Positions 38,776 to 47,452 of a stretch of 64,000 nt of DNA are shown here, piece after piece; the stretch's first letter is position 1, and the number at the start of each line of letters is the position of its first letter. Under the pieces are notes generated by a model. That model was not told where the DNA came from and ran no database searches. It saw only the letters and a program-made list of their open reading frames with translations. The stretch spans positions 49,819-113,818 of the IMG/VR virus record IMGVR_UViG_3300010413_000005. One strand, written 5' to 3'. Source of the stretch: a virus. The translations under genes and the position numbers were made by a program.

Positions 38776-39486
38776 TTACACGTACGCCCAACCGTTTACG
38801 GCTATGGGCAAATTGGTTTTACCATCCGGACCGGTTCCGGGCACCATTCTTTCAAATGGCTGATCGTATTCGTCGAACCATTCTCCGTTTTTGTATTTAG
38901 CCAAAGCAGTTCTACCTGTGAAAGTCCTTACGTGGACCAACGTGTCTTCGATCGGTTTGGTAGACAAATCGTTGAATACTACTTTCGGCGACTCCGGCGT
39001 TTCTATCCACAACGAAGAGATGCCTATCTTCGGATAAAATCCGGAGCCGTTTACAATCGCGGTTATGTACACGCGTATCCACAAATCTCCCATGTATTTA
39101 GATATGTAGTCTCCGTCTCTCCCTTCTATCACTTTCACGTAATTATACCAATCTTCAAACGTTATGAAAATCGGATCGATGGTAGATATCAATCGCGGGT
39201 TGTTTGTTTTTTGGGGATTCTCTCCCCATATTGAAGCCGAAATCTGCGATTCGTTTCCTCCGTCTATCCGATTCGCTCTCACGTGCAATTGTGAATTCCC
39301 GAATTCTATCGGTCCCTTGGATTCCATGTGTACATCGAAGAAATTGCCCTCTGCTCCTTCTTCGATGTACACGTACGCGTCATCACCCAACAACGGATTC
39401 ATAGCAAAGAACTTCTCCGTATCGCTGGTCGCTTTCCAATCGCCTACGTATATGCCGTCTCCGATGGGGTATAGAATCTGCGTCAT
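38776..39486 (-). CDS. Hypothetical structural protein
   Basis: 236 aa, ATGA-coupled; TQILYP.GD start; in the structural operon. Confidence 0.55.
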   Translation of the reverse strand: MTQILYPIGDGIYVGDWKATSDTEKFFAMNPLLGDDAYVYIEEGAEGNFFDVHMESKGPIEFGNSQLHVRANRIDGGNESQISASIWGENPQKTNNPRLISTIDPIFITFEDWYNYVKVIEGRDGDYISKYMGDLWIRVYITAIVNGSGFYPKIGISSLWIETPESPKVVFNDLSTKPIEDTLVHVRTFTGRTALAKYKNGEWFDEYDQPFERMVPGTGPDGKTNLPIAVNGWAYV

Positions 39487-39914
39487 CCTGCCGTTTCTCC
39501 TGCTCCTTCGTTGATCAGAACGTTCGACAACGCCGTAGCGAGCGCTTCCGATTCGTTCGTGCTTACGCCAGCGGTCACCAACGCACTCGCCAGATTGCCT
39601 TCCAAGGCACCGTTAGAACCGACTCCGGCGAGCCAAGTCCGCGCAGTGCTGATATGCGTCAACACCATATCGAACCAATCGTTGGCGCGCCAAAAGCGGA
39701 TGATTCCGCTGAAGTTAGCCTTGGCCGCGATTACGCCGGCCTTTACTCCGAAAGCCAACACTTGGTCGACTATCACTTGGTTTATCGATGTGCTGGCTGC
39801 TACTTCGGCCGCGGTGCTTCCGGGATTAGTAGCCAAATCGCTCAATATCGCTCCGTCGTTGGAGCGTATTGCGCTTGTGAAATCCGAAGCGTTCGCTATC
39901 CGTCTCTCTGCCAT
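39483..39914 (-). CDS. Hypothetical protein, possible winged helix
   Basis: ILSDLATNPGSTAAEVAASTSINQVIVDQVLAFGVKAGVI resembles a wHTH; AAAGGAG SD. Confidence 0.5.
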   Translation of the reverse strand: MAERRIANASDFTSAIRSNDGAILSDLATNPGSTAAEVAASTSINQVIVDQVLAFGVKAGVIAAKANFSGIIRFWRANDWFDMVLTHISTARTWLAGVGSNGALEGNLASALVTAGVSTNESEALATALSNVLINEGAGETAG

Positions 39915-39962
39915 GATCCACTCTCCTTTCGGGTCTGAGCCCGAATCCGACGTGGATCCGGA

Positions 39963-40298
39963 CTATGTCGCTTTTATTATATGCCTACAAGCAGGATCGG
40001 AACAAATTCTGGATTGTTCGATTTCTGGTTTGTTTGACTCGTGCGCTTTCGTTTCTTTGCCGCATTTCCGACATGGAAACGAAGGGTGCTCTCCTGGTGA
40101 AGTGTCTTCGGGAGGAGCGTCTTGTTCCTCCCGGCATTCCGCGTTGGAACAGATTCTTCGATTGCTACCTGCGTTGGGAGAGCCACCATGTGACTTCGTT
40201 TCTTTGCCGCATTTAGGACACGGAAACAACGGCGCTTTGGGCACGTTCTCTATGCTGACCGCCAACAGGTCGGAGAACTTTTCGTGATCCGAAGTCAC
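39963..40298 (-). CDS. Tandem Zn-ribbon protein
   Basis: Two copies of FPCxKCGKETKxH...RICSxxxCR. Confidence 0.6.
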   Translation of the reverse strand: MTSDHEKFSDLLAVSIENVPKAPLFPCPKCGKETKSHGGSPNAGSNRRICSNAECREEQDAPPEDTSPGEHPSFPCRKCGKETKAHESNKPEIEQSRICSDPACRHIIKAT

Positions 40299-40300
40299 GA

Positions 40301-40783
40301 TTACACGATCCGTACGTTGTATGTCAACTTCAGTTTGTCAGCCGTGGTCTTATTCACCGAAGTGAAAACGGCTCTCATCAACGCCGAACCTCCGGGAGAC
40401 GTGTTCTGATTGAGAACGCACACCTCTTGGATGTTATTCGCCGATATGGAACCGCCACCGCTGGGATAGCTGATGACCAATTGAAGAGTACGCGTGCCGG
40501 ATAGCAACGTCTTGGAATCCGCCGTGTTTAGCGAGGCCGCGACCGGAGACAACACGTTGGATTGCCCGCTGTTCGCTGCGGCGCCGCAAGTGCCGATTCG
40601 GAATTGATCCCAAATATTGGTATTCAACCCGGTGCACATCCGCCAAGTTTGACGCTTGCCGGTATTCACGACCAGGTTGTGTGTGACGATACGCTTGATT
40701 ACTTCCGGACCGTTCTTGCCGTCGCGAATAACTTCAACGGTAACGAATCCGCCGAACTTTGCATTATCTTTGAGTGGTAGCAT
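40301..40783 (-). CDS. Virion structural protein (NLVVNTG family)
   Basis: HNLVVNTG, IGT, I.EV.V.N, LMRAVF..VNKT..D.L.LTY; a pattern common in phage structural operons; AAGGAGG SD. Confidence 0.65.
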   Translation of the reverse strand: MLPLKDNAKFGGFVTVEVIRDGKNGPEVIKRIVTHNLVVNTGKRQTWRMCTGLNTNIWDQFRIGTCGAAANSGQSNVLSPVAASLNTADSKTLLSGTRTLQLVISYPSGGGSISANNIQEVCVLNQNTSPGGSALMRAVFTSVNKTTADKLKLTYNVRIV

Positions 40784-42500
40784 CGATAGCCTCCTTTATG
40801 ATTGCCATATTTCTTTCGGCTTCACGGAACGCTTCTGGAGGCGTTCCCTCTGGAAACAATTCTATGACCTTTTGTGCCCAAAACAAACTTTCTTCCAATT
40901 TCCCCAATTCTCCACAAACCATAGCTAGGCGTTGGGCCGGAATGTGTCCGTAATAGGACAAATCAATCCACCACACAGTGAACGGAGGGTCACCCATAGT
41001 GGTGGTAGCGTACACGTAGAATCTGTACGCTTTCTCGTATTCCTTGGATAACATGGCCATATCGCCTAACCAAACCCAATGTTCGGTACGACACCAATCG
41101 TCCTTCGTACAACCCATAAGGCATTCGTAGGCTTCTTTTCGTTCTCCGCGGCGCATTCGTTCTTTTGCCAACATCAATCTGGCTTGATATTTTTGAACTC
41201 CGTTGTTGGAAACGCCTAAAAATTGCTCCAAGCGCTCGATCGCCTTTTGCGGATTCAATTCGCGCCATTCTTGTCCGAGATAGAAAAGACTTTGCACACT
41301 TTCTCCGGTGCGCCAATCGTCCATCAGTTGTTTTCTATTTTGTGCCCGTCTTTGTACCGCTCGAGTCTCCGCCCTTTGTTGGCTTCGTTGATGAAGCGTT
41401 TTCACGAGCGGCAATTGAACGCACAGAGCCTTTTCCGGCCAAATCAATTCGTTGTGGACCGGTCGCCGGAACCGGATATCCGGCCGATTGCGAAACAACC
41501 AAGGAAAAGCCCACCGCTGTCCGTTGCCTTGTCGGAATACAAATCCCACGGAACAATTGGACGGTATGATGGTATCGAGATTCAACAATACGTCCATGCC
41601 TTCGACGAGATATTCGTGCCCTTCGGTCATGAATATCCATTCTCCGGAACATTGTTCGATACACTGATTGCGACACCAACTGAAATGTATTTTGTCTCCT
41701 CCCAAATCCTCTTCGGGAGGTCCGCTCGGTCGATCTAAGTAGAAAACCTTGTCGGCGTACTGTTTGGCTATCTCGAATGTGCGATCTTTCGATCTAGGAT
41801 CCACACCTACGACAAATTCATCTGCGATTCCGCGATACGTAGCCAACGTATTTGCTAGATCCAATTCTTCGTCTCGGACCGGAAGCGTCACCGACATCTT
41901 GTATTTCTTACGGGCGATATCTCCGCAAATGCCTAACAGATATCCGCCGATAACTTCGACTCTGACACATTCCCAATACTCTTTGAGATAATCCAGAAAT
42001 TGTTTCGCCGTCCATTTACGCGTGTGTTGTCTCTCTTCGTCCGGACCCAACCTATTGTTCGGAACGCTGATGAAGGCATAATTGGAATTGTCCGCGATGA
42101 ATGACAACAATCGCGCGCGCGCGCGTTTACCTAGATGCTCGATGAATTCGGTGGAAACAAATACGTCGCTGACCGGAATCGAGTCAACTTCTGATCTCAA
42201 ATCGGCTTTGTGCGTGATATCTACGCAGCCAGTATCCATTGCGTGCTTCAACGCGATTTCGCTGTGGTCGACTACGCATATGGATACTTTCGGGAGGACT
42301 TCGGAGAACACTTCGGCGAAAGAACCGACTCCGCCTCCGACGTCAGTCAGCGTCGCCGCTTTATATGGAGTGCATTGCGCTATTCTTTGATAAACGCGAA
42401 CTAGAGCGCTTTTCCTCCAAGTCTCGTGCCCTTCTTCGCCCCATATTTTATCCCAAACTAATTCGCTGTTTGCCTTATCGGCTATTCGGTCGATGGTCAT
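40764..42500 (-). CDS. SAM methyltransferase - GT2 glycosyltransferase - TPR fusion
   Basis: MTase: DVGGGVG, VVDHS, STEFIEHL, ISVPN. GT2: SVTLPVRDEE, DEFVVGVD..S.DRT.EIA, FSWCRN, SGEWIF, FRNRPDIRF..PVH. TPR: SLFYLGQE..., EHWVWLGD...YEKA. Confidence 0.85.
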   Translation of the reverse strand: MTIDRIADKANSELVWDKIWGEEGHETWRKSALVRVYQRIAQCTPYKAATLTDVGGGVGSFAEVFSEVLPKVSICVVDHSEIALKHAMDTGCVDITHKADLRSEVDSIPVSDVFVSTEFIEHLGKRARARLLSFIADNSNYAFISVPNNRLGPDEERQHTRKWTAKQFLDYLKEYWECVRVEVIGGYLLGICGDIARKKYKMSVTLPVRDEELDLANTLATYRGIADEFVVGVDPRSKDRTFEIAKQYADKVFYLDRPSGPPEEDLGGDKIHFSWCRNQCIEQCSGEWIFMTEGHEYLVEGMDVLLNLDTIIPSNCSVGFVFRQGNGQRWAFPWLFRNRPDIRFRRPVHNELIWPEKALCVQLPLVKTLHQRSQQRAETRAVQRRAQNRKQLMDDWRTGESVQSLFYLGQEWRELNPQKAIERLEQFLGVSNNGVQKYQARLMLAKERMRRGERKEAYECLMGCTKDDWCRTEHWVWLGDMAMLSKEYEKAYRFYVYATTTMGDPPFTVWWIDLSYYGHIPAQRLAMVCGELGKLEESLFWAQKVIELFPEGTPPEAFREAERNMAIIKEAIDATTQR

Positions 42501-42551
42501 GCCATAACACCTATTATGCTGCGGATAGATGGTTGCCCATAATCCTTTGGT

Positions 42552-43238
42552 TTACAATACTTCTCCCCAAAACGCTTTCGAAGTCATCGCCCAACCCGGA
42601 TAACCGTCCATCTCCTTTTTGACCGGAGTCTTGTAGCTGGGCAACAGCGCTTTCGCATGTGCTTGCAAATGCGCTTTCGCGGTCGCGATCTGCTGCGCGC
42701 TCATTTTGGCTTGGGACACTCTAGCGAGAGCGTTGGCGAGATGAATCTTATCGACGGAGCTGTTTTCGGACGCGCTCTTTACGTTCGCGTTGTGATGTGG
42801 AAGCATACGGAGCGACCGCGGCACGGTTTTGCCTTCCTTGTCCTTTTTGCCGCCTGGAAGAATCATCGCGAACGCCGCATCCGGAAGGTTGTTTATGAAC
42901 GCCGCGGTCCAAACTGCCTTGGTAATCGGTATGGCTTTCTTACGATACGAAGTGAACCTTTCTACTTCTTGCATATCTCCGAATTCGAAGTTGCCGTATT
43001 TGTCCCGTTTGTAGGACATGGCGTAATAGGATTCCTTGTCGTCCTCTTTGTAGGTTTCGACAATCAATCCGGAGCCGAATACTTCGACCACGTACGCGTA
43101 CGCTTTGGTCGAGTTGAGTTTCATCTTTACGTGCTCTCTGCAAGCGTTCGTGAGAGCCGTAGTGAATTGCTTTAGAGACTCCCCATTAGCCAATTCGATA
43201 GTTGATTTGTGGACAGCGACGTTTTGTTCCATGGCCAA
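42552..43238 (-). CDS. Putative internal head protein (WTAAFINNLPDAAFA domain)
   Basis: INNLPDAAFA...LPHH...HLANALAR motif seen in phage head-assembly proteins; K-A/S linkers; C-terminus KAFWGEVL resembles the scaffold end. Confidence 0.55.
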   Translation of the reverse strand: MAMEQNVAVHKSTIELANGESLKQFTTALTNACREHVKMKLNSTKAYAYVVEVFGSGLIVETYKEDDKESYYAMSYKRDKYGNFEFGDMQEVERFTSYRKKAIPITKAVWTAAFINNLPDAAFAMILPGGKKDKEGKTVPRSLRMLPHHNANVKSASENSSVDKIHLANALARVSQAKMSAQQIATAKAHLQAHAKALLPSYKTPVKKEMDGYPGWAMTSKAFWGEVL

Positions 43239-43259
43239 CTCCTTTGCGTAATCGCTATA

Positions 43260-43691
43260 CTATAATTTGTTGCTATGGATAGGAAATTTCCGTTTGGGTG
43301 AATGTCTTCGTTTGCCGACGTGATTGACCGTTACTCGAGCGCTCGGTTGAGCAGCGTGCGCTACCAAGGTAAGTCGAACGTCATCCACGAATAGATCTAT
43401 TTTTTCTCCGCCCTTTACCGCTCCGCTAGGCGGAATTCTTTCTATTTCGTATATGATCGATCGAAAAGATCGCGGTCGCGAAACCGAATATTGAACCCCG
43501 ATTTTCTTAGTGGCCTCTTCGTTACAATTGGCGCACCTACAAGTTACGAGGTGATTTTCCACGAGAGACACTCCGGTTATTCTGGATTGAAAATCGGAGC
43601 GCTCGAGCATCGGCAACCATTCGCGTGCTTGTTCTTCGTCCGACAAATCTACACGAATAGTATCACCATCTATCGTGTGTATTTTGAGCAA
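43260..43691 (-). CDS. Hypothetical protein
   Basis: 143 aa, AGGAG SD, CRCANC. Confidence 0.5.
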   Translation of the reverse strand: MLKIHTIDGDTIRVDLSDEEQAREWLPMLERSDFQSRITGVSLVENHLVTCRCANCNEEATKKIGVQYSVSRPRSFRSIIYEIERIPPSGAVKGGEKIDLFVDDVRLTLVAHAAQPSARVTVNHVGKRRHSPKRKFPIHSNKL

Positions 43692-43708
43692 AACTGCTCC
43701 TATGGTGG

Positions 43709-44074
43709 CTATTCAGAAGATTCGTTCGTTTCGTCTACCAGATTGATTCCCCTCAGCGCTGGAGATTCGAAATCCGCAGATTTGGCCGCTTCTCTTTTCG
43801 ACCTTCTGCTGTGTCTCGCTTCTTTATCGACATTGGTCTGTTCGGAGTCTTCTTTTTCTTCTTGAACAGGTTCTTCTTTTTCCGATGACACCACCACTCT
43901 GTCGATCAATTTAGCGCAATACGATTCCAGATACTCCAATTCAGCGTCGTTCAACTGATACATCGTTCCCGGTCTGACGTGCATAGATCCTTCGAAAGAA
44001 CGAGCGATGTCGGACGGAAAATCAATTTGTTGGATGGGTGCCGATTTGGACACCACAATAACGTTGAGTTTCAT
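43709..44074 (-). CDS. Hypothetical protein
   Basis: 121 aa, GAGGTG SD, acidic tail. Confidence 0.55.
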   Translation of the reverse strand: MKLNVIVVSKSAPIQQIDFPSDIARSFEGSMHVRPGTMYQLNDAELEYLESYCAKLIDRVVVSSEKEEPVQEEKEDSEQTNVDKEARHSRRSKREAAKSADFESPALRGINLVDETNESSE

Positions 44075-44083
44075 GATTCACCT

Positions 44084-44536
44084 CTAATCGTCGTCGCCTT
44101 CTACTTCGTCGTCGTCATCATCTTCGTCGTCGTCTTCGTCGTCATCGACGTCCATTGGTTCGTCGATTTCCGAAGACGGTTCTCCGTCGCCCAACTCCTG
44201 CTTTACCAGAAGTGCTTTGACCATCTCCGGTTTCTTCATATCCGATTCCATGTCCAAATTGAACTGTTCGGATTGTCCGAGACGAATCAAGTCCGTCTTG
44301 GTCATGGCGTCCAAATCGGACTTGGTGTAAACCTTTTTGACTGGCTTCGGTTCCTCTTTGGGTTTGGCCGGAGCTGTCTTCACTTCTTGAAGCATGGTTA
44401 CGCTGAATTCAGCCTGCCTCTTGTAGTACATAATTTCGCGGTCGTCTGTGATTATTTGCGGTGTTCCGCGAACGAATTTGCGACCGCGCGCGTCGTAAGT
44501 CTCACATTTGTTTAGAACCACTCGAGCTTTTGCCAT
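44084..44536 (-). CDS. Rho-N/HeH-like domain protein with acidic tail
   Basis: YTKSDLDAMTKTDLIRLG...MKKPEMVKALL; follows the MCP; poly-Asp C-terminus. Confidence 0.6.
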   Translation of the reverse strand: MAKARVVLNKCETYDARGRKFVRGTPQIITDDREIMYYKRQAEFSVTMLQEVKTAPAKPKEEPKPVKKVYTKSDLDAMTKTDLIRLGQSEQFNLDMESDMKKPEMVKALLVKQELGDGEPSSEIDEPMDVDDDEDDDEDDDDDEVEGDDD

Positions 44537-44578
44537 CTTTGTATCTCCTTTTGACCAATTAATGGCTGGGTTGACGAT

Positions 44579-44640
44579 GAGCGACTAAGTGTCACCCTTT
44601 TGACGCTTAAAGCTCGCCAACCTCAAGGGCTAGCGAGCTT
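44579..44640 (-). terminator. Double stem-loop after MCP
   Basis: Minus strand aagctcgctagcc-cttga-ggttggcgagctt (13 bp including GU), then gggtgac-actta-gtcgctc; weak U-tract. Confidence 0.5.
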
Positions 44641-44662
44641 CGAAGCTTCGTGTGGACGGCGA

Positions 44663-45868
44663 TTAGACGCCTGTTCCGATGTTCTTGGTCTTGACGATTG
44701 CCGTCAATTCCTCAAACTGTACGGCGACTTTCGCCGTGATGGCGTATTGGTTTACGCCCTTGTAGATGTCGCGGTCCTTCTCGATCCTGATGTCGCGTCC
44801 GATACCCACGATGAAGTTATTCATGTGTGTAAGCATCAGTTGCGGATAGGCTCGATACGTGACTTTGACCGTGTCTCCGTCGCCGATCGCCCCACCGCCG
44901 ATACGCGCTATAGTTCCGTTGGTCGCGTCCAGGGTGTAATCGGTTGCGGAAATGTACGGAGTAACCGGAGTCGCGTCCAACGTACTCGGGACAACTACCA
45001 CGGATTCCACCGGTCCATTCTTCAAAGCAACAGCGGTCGTACCAGAAAGAACGATGTGCTCTGTGATAGGCGGTTTGAACTCCCACAACGGAACCGGAAC
45101 AGCGGTAATACCGAACGGACCAGGCATCCCGCCTCCGCCACGGGCCGCATCGTCACCTAGTGCGGTCGCGCGCGTCGACAGTTTCTCCATATATATCTGC
45201 CATAGATCCGGAGACAGGTACCATCGCAAGTTGTTTCGATTCCGACGGAACTTGGTAGGCATCGCCAAGATCGAATCCGAGAACACTGACAGGCCTATAT
45301 TTTTGCCCTCCGCGTCCTTCACATTCGCGCCGTCCGCTAACAGACTCCATCCGTCTTGCAACTTCAGGTAGCTGTCTACGCGGTACTTGGTGTTATCGCC
45401 GTTGTCCAGATAATCGCTCTCGAGAACGGCCGGACCTAGCTTGTTGCCGTTGATGTATAACTCTTCCAGGTCGTTAGCCAACCTGGTGGCCATCAATCGA
45501 ACGATCGTATCTTCGATGCTGTCGCCTTCGATGTTCAATTCACGGAAGTTGTCTCCGATTTCGAACGGCACCATGATCTCGCTGGGAGCCAAGGTGATTT
45601 TCGAAGTGGTAATTCCGCGTCGAACTCCGGGATCGACTGCTTCGCTCTTGGGGACAGCCGCGCGCCGGCCAACGCCGATCTTATCGATTTCGAGCGATTC
45701 ATTCCTGAACCGTACGATTCGCGCGTTATCCTTCAAGACTGTCTCATCGATCACGAAATCGATGAAACGGTCGGATTGTGCGGGATTCAGTTTCCCTGCG
45801 GTGGCCAGATCGTCAGCAACTATTGCCGCCTTACTAACCAATTCCTCGTTTGAAATGTTTCCTGGCAT
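44663..45868 (-). CDS. Major capsid protein (HK97 fold, PBSX XkdG-like)
   Basis: GKLNPAQSDRFID, IDKIGVGRR, NIEGDSIEDTI, ANDLEELYINGN, DGW, MPTKFRR, LMLTH.NN.IVGI.RDIRIE. Confidence 0.93.
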   Translation of the reverse strand: MPGNISNEELVSKAAIVADDLATAGKLNPAQSDRFIDFVIDETVLKDNARIVRFRNESLEIDKIGVGRRAAVPKSEAVDPGVRRGITTSKITLAPSEIMVPFEIGDNFRELNIEGDSIEDTIVRLMATRLANDLEELYINGNKLGPAVLESDYLDNGDNTKYRVDSYLKLQDGWSLLADGANVKDAEGKNIGLSVFSDSILAMPTKFRRNRNNLRWYLSPDLWQIYMEKLSTRATALGDDAARGGGGMPGPFGITAVPVPLWEFKPPITEHIVLSGTTAVALKNGPVESVVVVPSTLDATPVTPYISATDYTLDATNGTIARIGGGAIGDGDTVKVTYRAYPQLMLTHMNNFIVGIGRDIRIEKDRDIYKGVNQYAITAKVAVQFEELTAIVKTKNIGTGV

Positions 45869-45916
45869 CTCACTATCTCCTTTTGGTTGTTCGTTAGGAA
45901 CCGGCAGATCCGGCTG

Positions 45917-46873
45917 TTACACTACACCCGTGAAAAGGCTTTTGCCCTTTTGGACTTGCGTTTCGGTGTTCCCGTCGTCGATTGACCGAGACGGATTGTG
46001 TGGTTGTTCCAGAGCATCCAGACGCTTCACAACGTCGTCGATGTTCTTTTGAGTCTTCTCTTGTCCCGCCTTGACCACGGTGGCCAAATCGCGAATGGCA
46101 GATACCAATTCGCCTTGAGCTTCCGGAGCTTGTCCTTCGCTCTTGGACACGCCGGCCAACGCCGGTTTGGTCGTGTTGGGATTGGAATGGATGGCCACGG
46201 CCGGAACCGATGAATTCGGAGACATACCTACCGGAACCGCCTCCATCATCAGTTTCTGCAGCGTATCGATCGCTTGCTGAAGCTGCGTAATACGCTCCGG
46301 AGTGAAATGCTTCGCTTTCGCGATAGCGTCCAGAACGGTGCCCGCGATTTCGCTAGCAGAAGGAGCAGCCGGAGCAGCCGGAGTCGAATCGGCGCCCTCC
46401 GCGTCCTTCTTCACCTTCTTCATGGGCGGTTTCATTCCCTGGAATCCCTTTTCGAATTCCTCCATGGCTTTGGTCAGAGCTTCGTCCTTGAGTCCGGCCG
46501 CTTCGAACTTCGATTTGGCGAAAGCGATCGGATCGAAATCCGTCTTGTCGCCCTTCTCTACGTTCTCCGACTTATCGGAATCGTTGCTCTTGTTTGCGCC
46601 CTTTTCCACATCTGAAACGATGCTGTCCACAAGGCTGTTCACTTTATCGAGAGCTTTTTGGACAGCGTCGTTCTCTACCTTTTCGACGTCCAAAGCAACC
46701 TTGGTGACATCATTGTTTTCAGTAGCTGGCGTGTTTTGGTCTTTATTTCCTGGCATTGTATCCTCCTGTAATCGCTTTGCTACTAAAAATTCGACTTGGT
46801 TAGCTGGAGTGTCCACTAGGGATACTTCGTTAACCTGCAGATCTAAAAATCGCCTATTGGCTTCTTTCGGCAA
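45917..46873 (-). CDS. Capsid scaffold; long form carries the protease EVSLVD strand, nested short form starts at 46756
   Basis: TTG 46873 (GGAGA SD) gives N-terminal NEVSLVDTPAN; internal ATG 46756 has an AGGAGG SD; coiled-coil VVKRLDALE; ends KSLFTGVV. Confidence 0.8.
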   Translation of the reverse strand: MPKEANRRFLDLQVNEVSLVDTPANQVEFLVAKRLQEDTMPGNKDQNTPATENNDVTKVALDVEKVENDAVQKALDKVNSLVDSIVSDVEKGANKSNDSDKSENVEKGDKTDFDPIAFAKSKFEAAGLKDEALTKAMEEFEKGFQGMKPPMKKVKKDAEGADSTPAAPAAPSASEIAGTVLDAIAKAKHFTPERITQLQQAIDTLQKLMMEAVPVGMSPNSSVPAVAIHSNPNTTKPALAGVSKSEGQAPEAQGELVSAIRDLATVVKAGQEKTQKNIDDVVKRLDALEQPHNPSRSIDDGNTETQVQKGKSLFTGVV

Positions 46874-46888
46874 AGTATTTCTCCATTT

Positions 46889-47422
46889 TTACTCTTTCAA
46901 TTTCTGCGTCATAGCCTTGCCACCGATGGAAAGGCCGGTTATGCTGCCTTCTTTTATCTTCTTCCACACGGCCGCGTCGTTCACCTTTATGACCATGATC
47001 CAGGTGCCCGCTTTTACGATGCTGGAACCGATGGACATATCTATCGGAGCCGTATACGATTGTCGCAGCTCGAATCGCTGTTTGAAATCCTTGTGCATAT
47101 AGCCCAAGGTGGTAGACTTGTTGTACGAAGCCAAGAAATCGCCGGCCGCCTTTTCGATGACGGCTGCGGACATGATGTCGTAATGTGCGTCGACGGTTTC
47201 CGGCTGTAACACCAGGCCGGTTATCTCTTGTTTGTCTTCATTGGCCTTGGTGATCGGTACGAATAAACGAAAGTCTTCTCCGCGGTCGTCGCTTCGAGCT
47301 TCAACTGCGTCGATTGTAGGCGTCAAAGCGTTCTTTTGGATCGCGTCCAAAATGGCCAACGCCCTGTATGCCTTGAATACCGCTCGGATAGCGGTTTCTA
47401 ACTGTTGGTTGCTGTGTGCCAT
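46889..47422 (-). CDS. XkdF-like prohead serine protease
   Basis: GLVLQPETVDAHYD.M....IEKAA..F, MH, SYTAP, GTWIM, WKKIK.G.ITGLSIGG. Confidence 0.88.
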   Translation of the reverse strand: MAHSNQQLETAIRAVFKAYRALAILDAIQKNALTPTIDAVEARSDDRGEDFRLFVPITKANEDKQEITGLVLQPETVDAHYDIMSAAVIEKAAGDFLASYNKSTTLGYMHKDFKQRFELRQSYTAPIDMSIGSSIVKAGTWIMVIKVNDAAVWKKIKEGSITGLSIGGKAMTQKLKE

Positions 47423-47452
47423 TACTCAAAGAATAATGTACACTTACACCAG

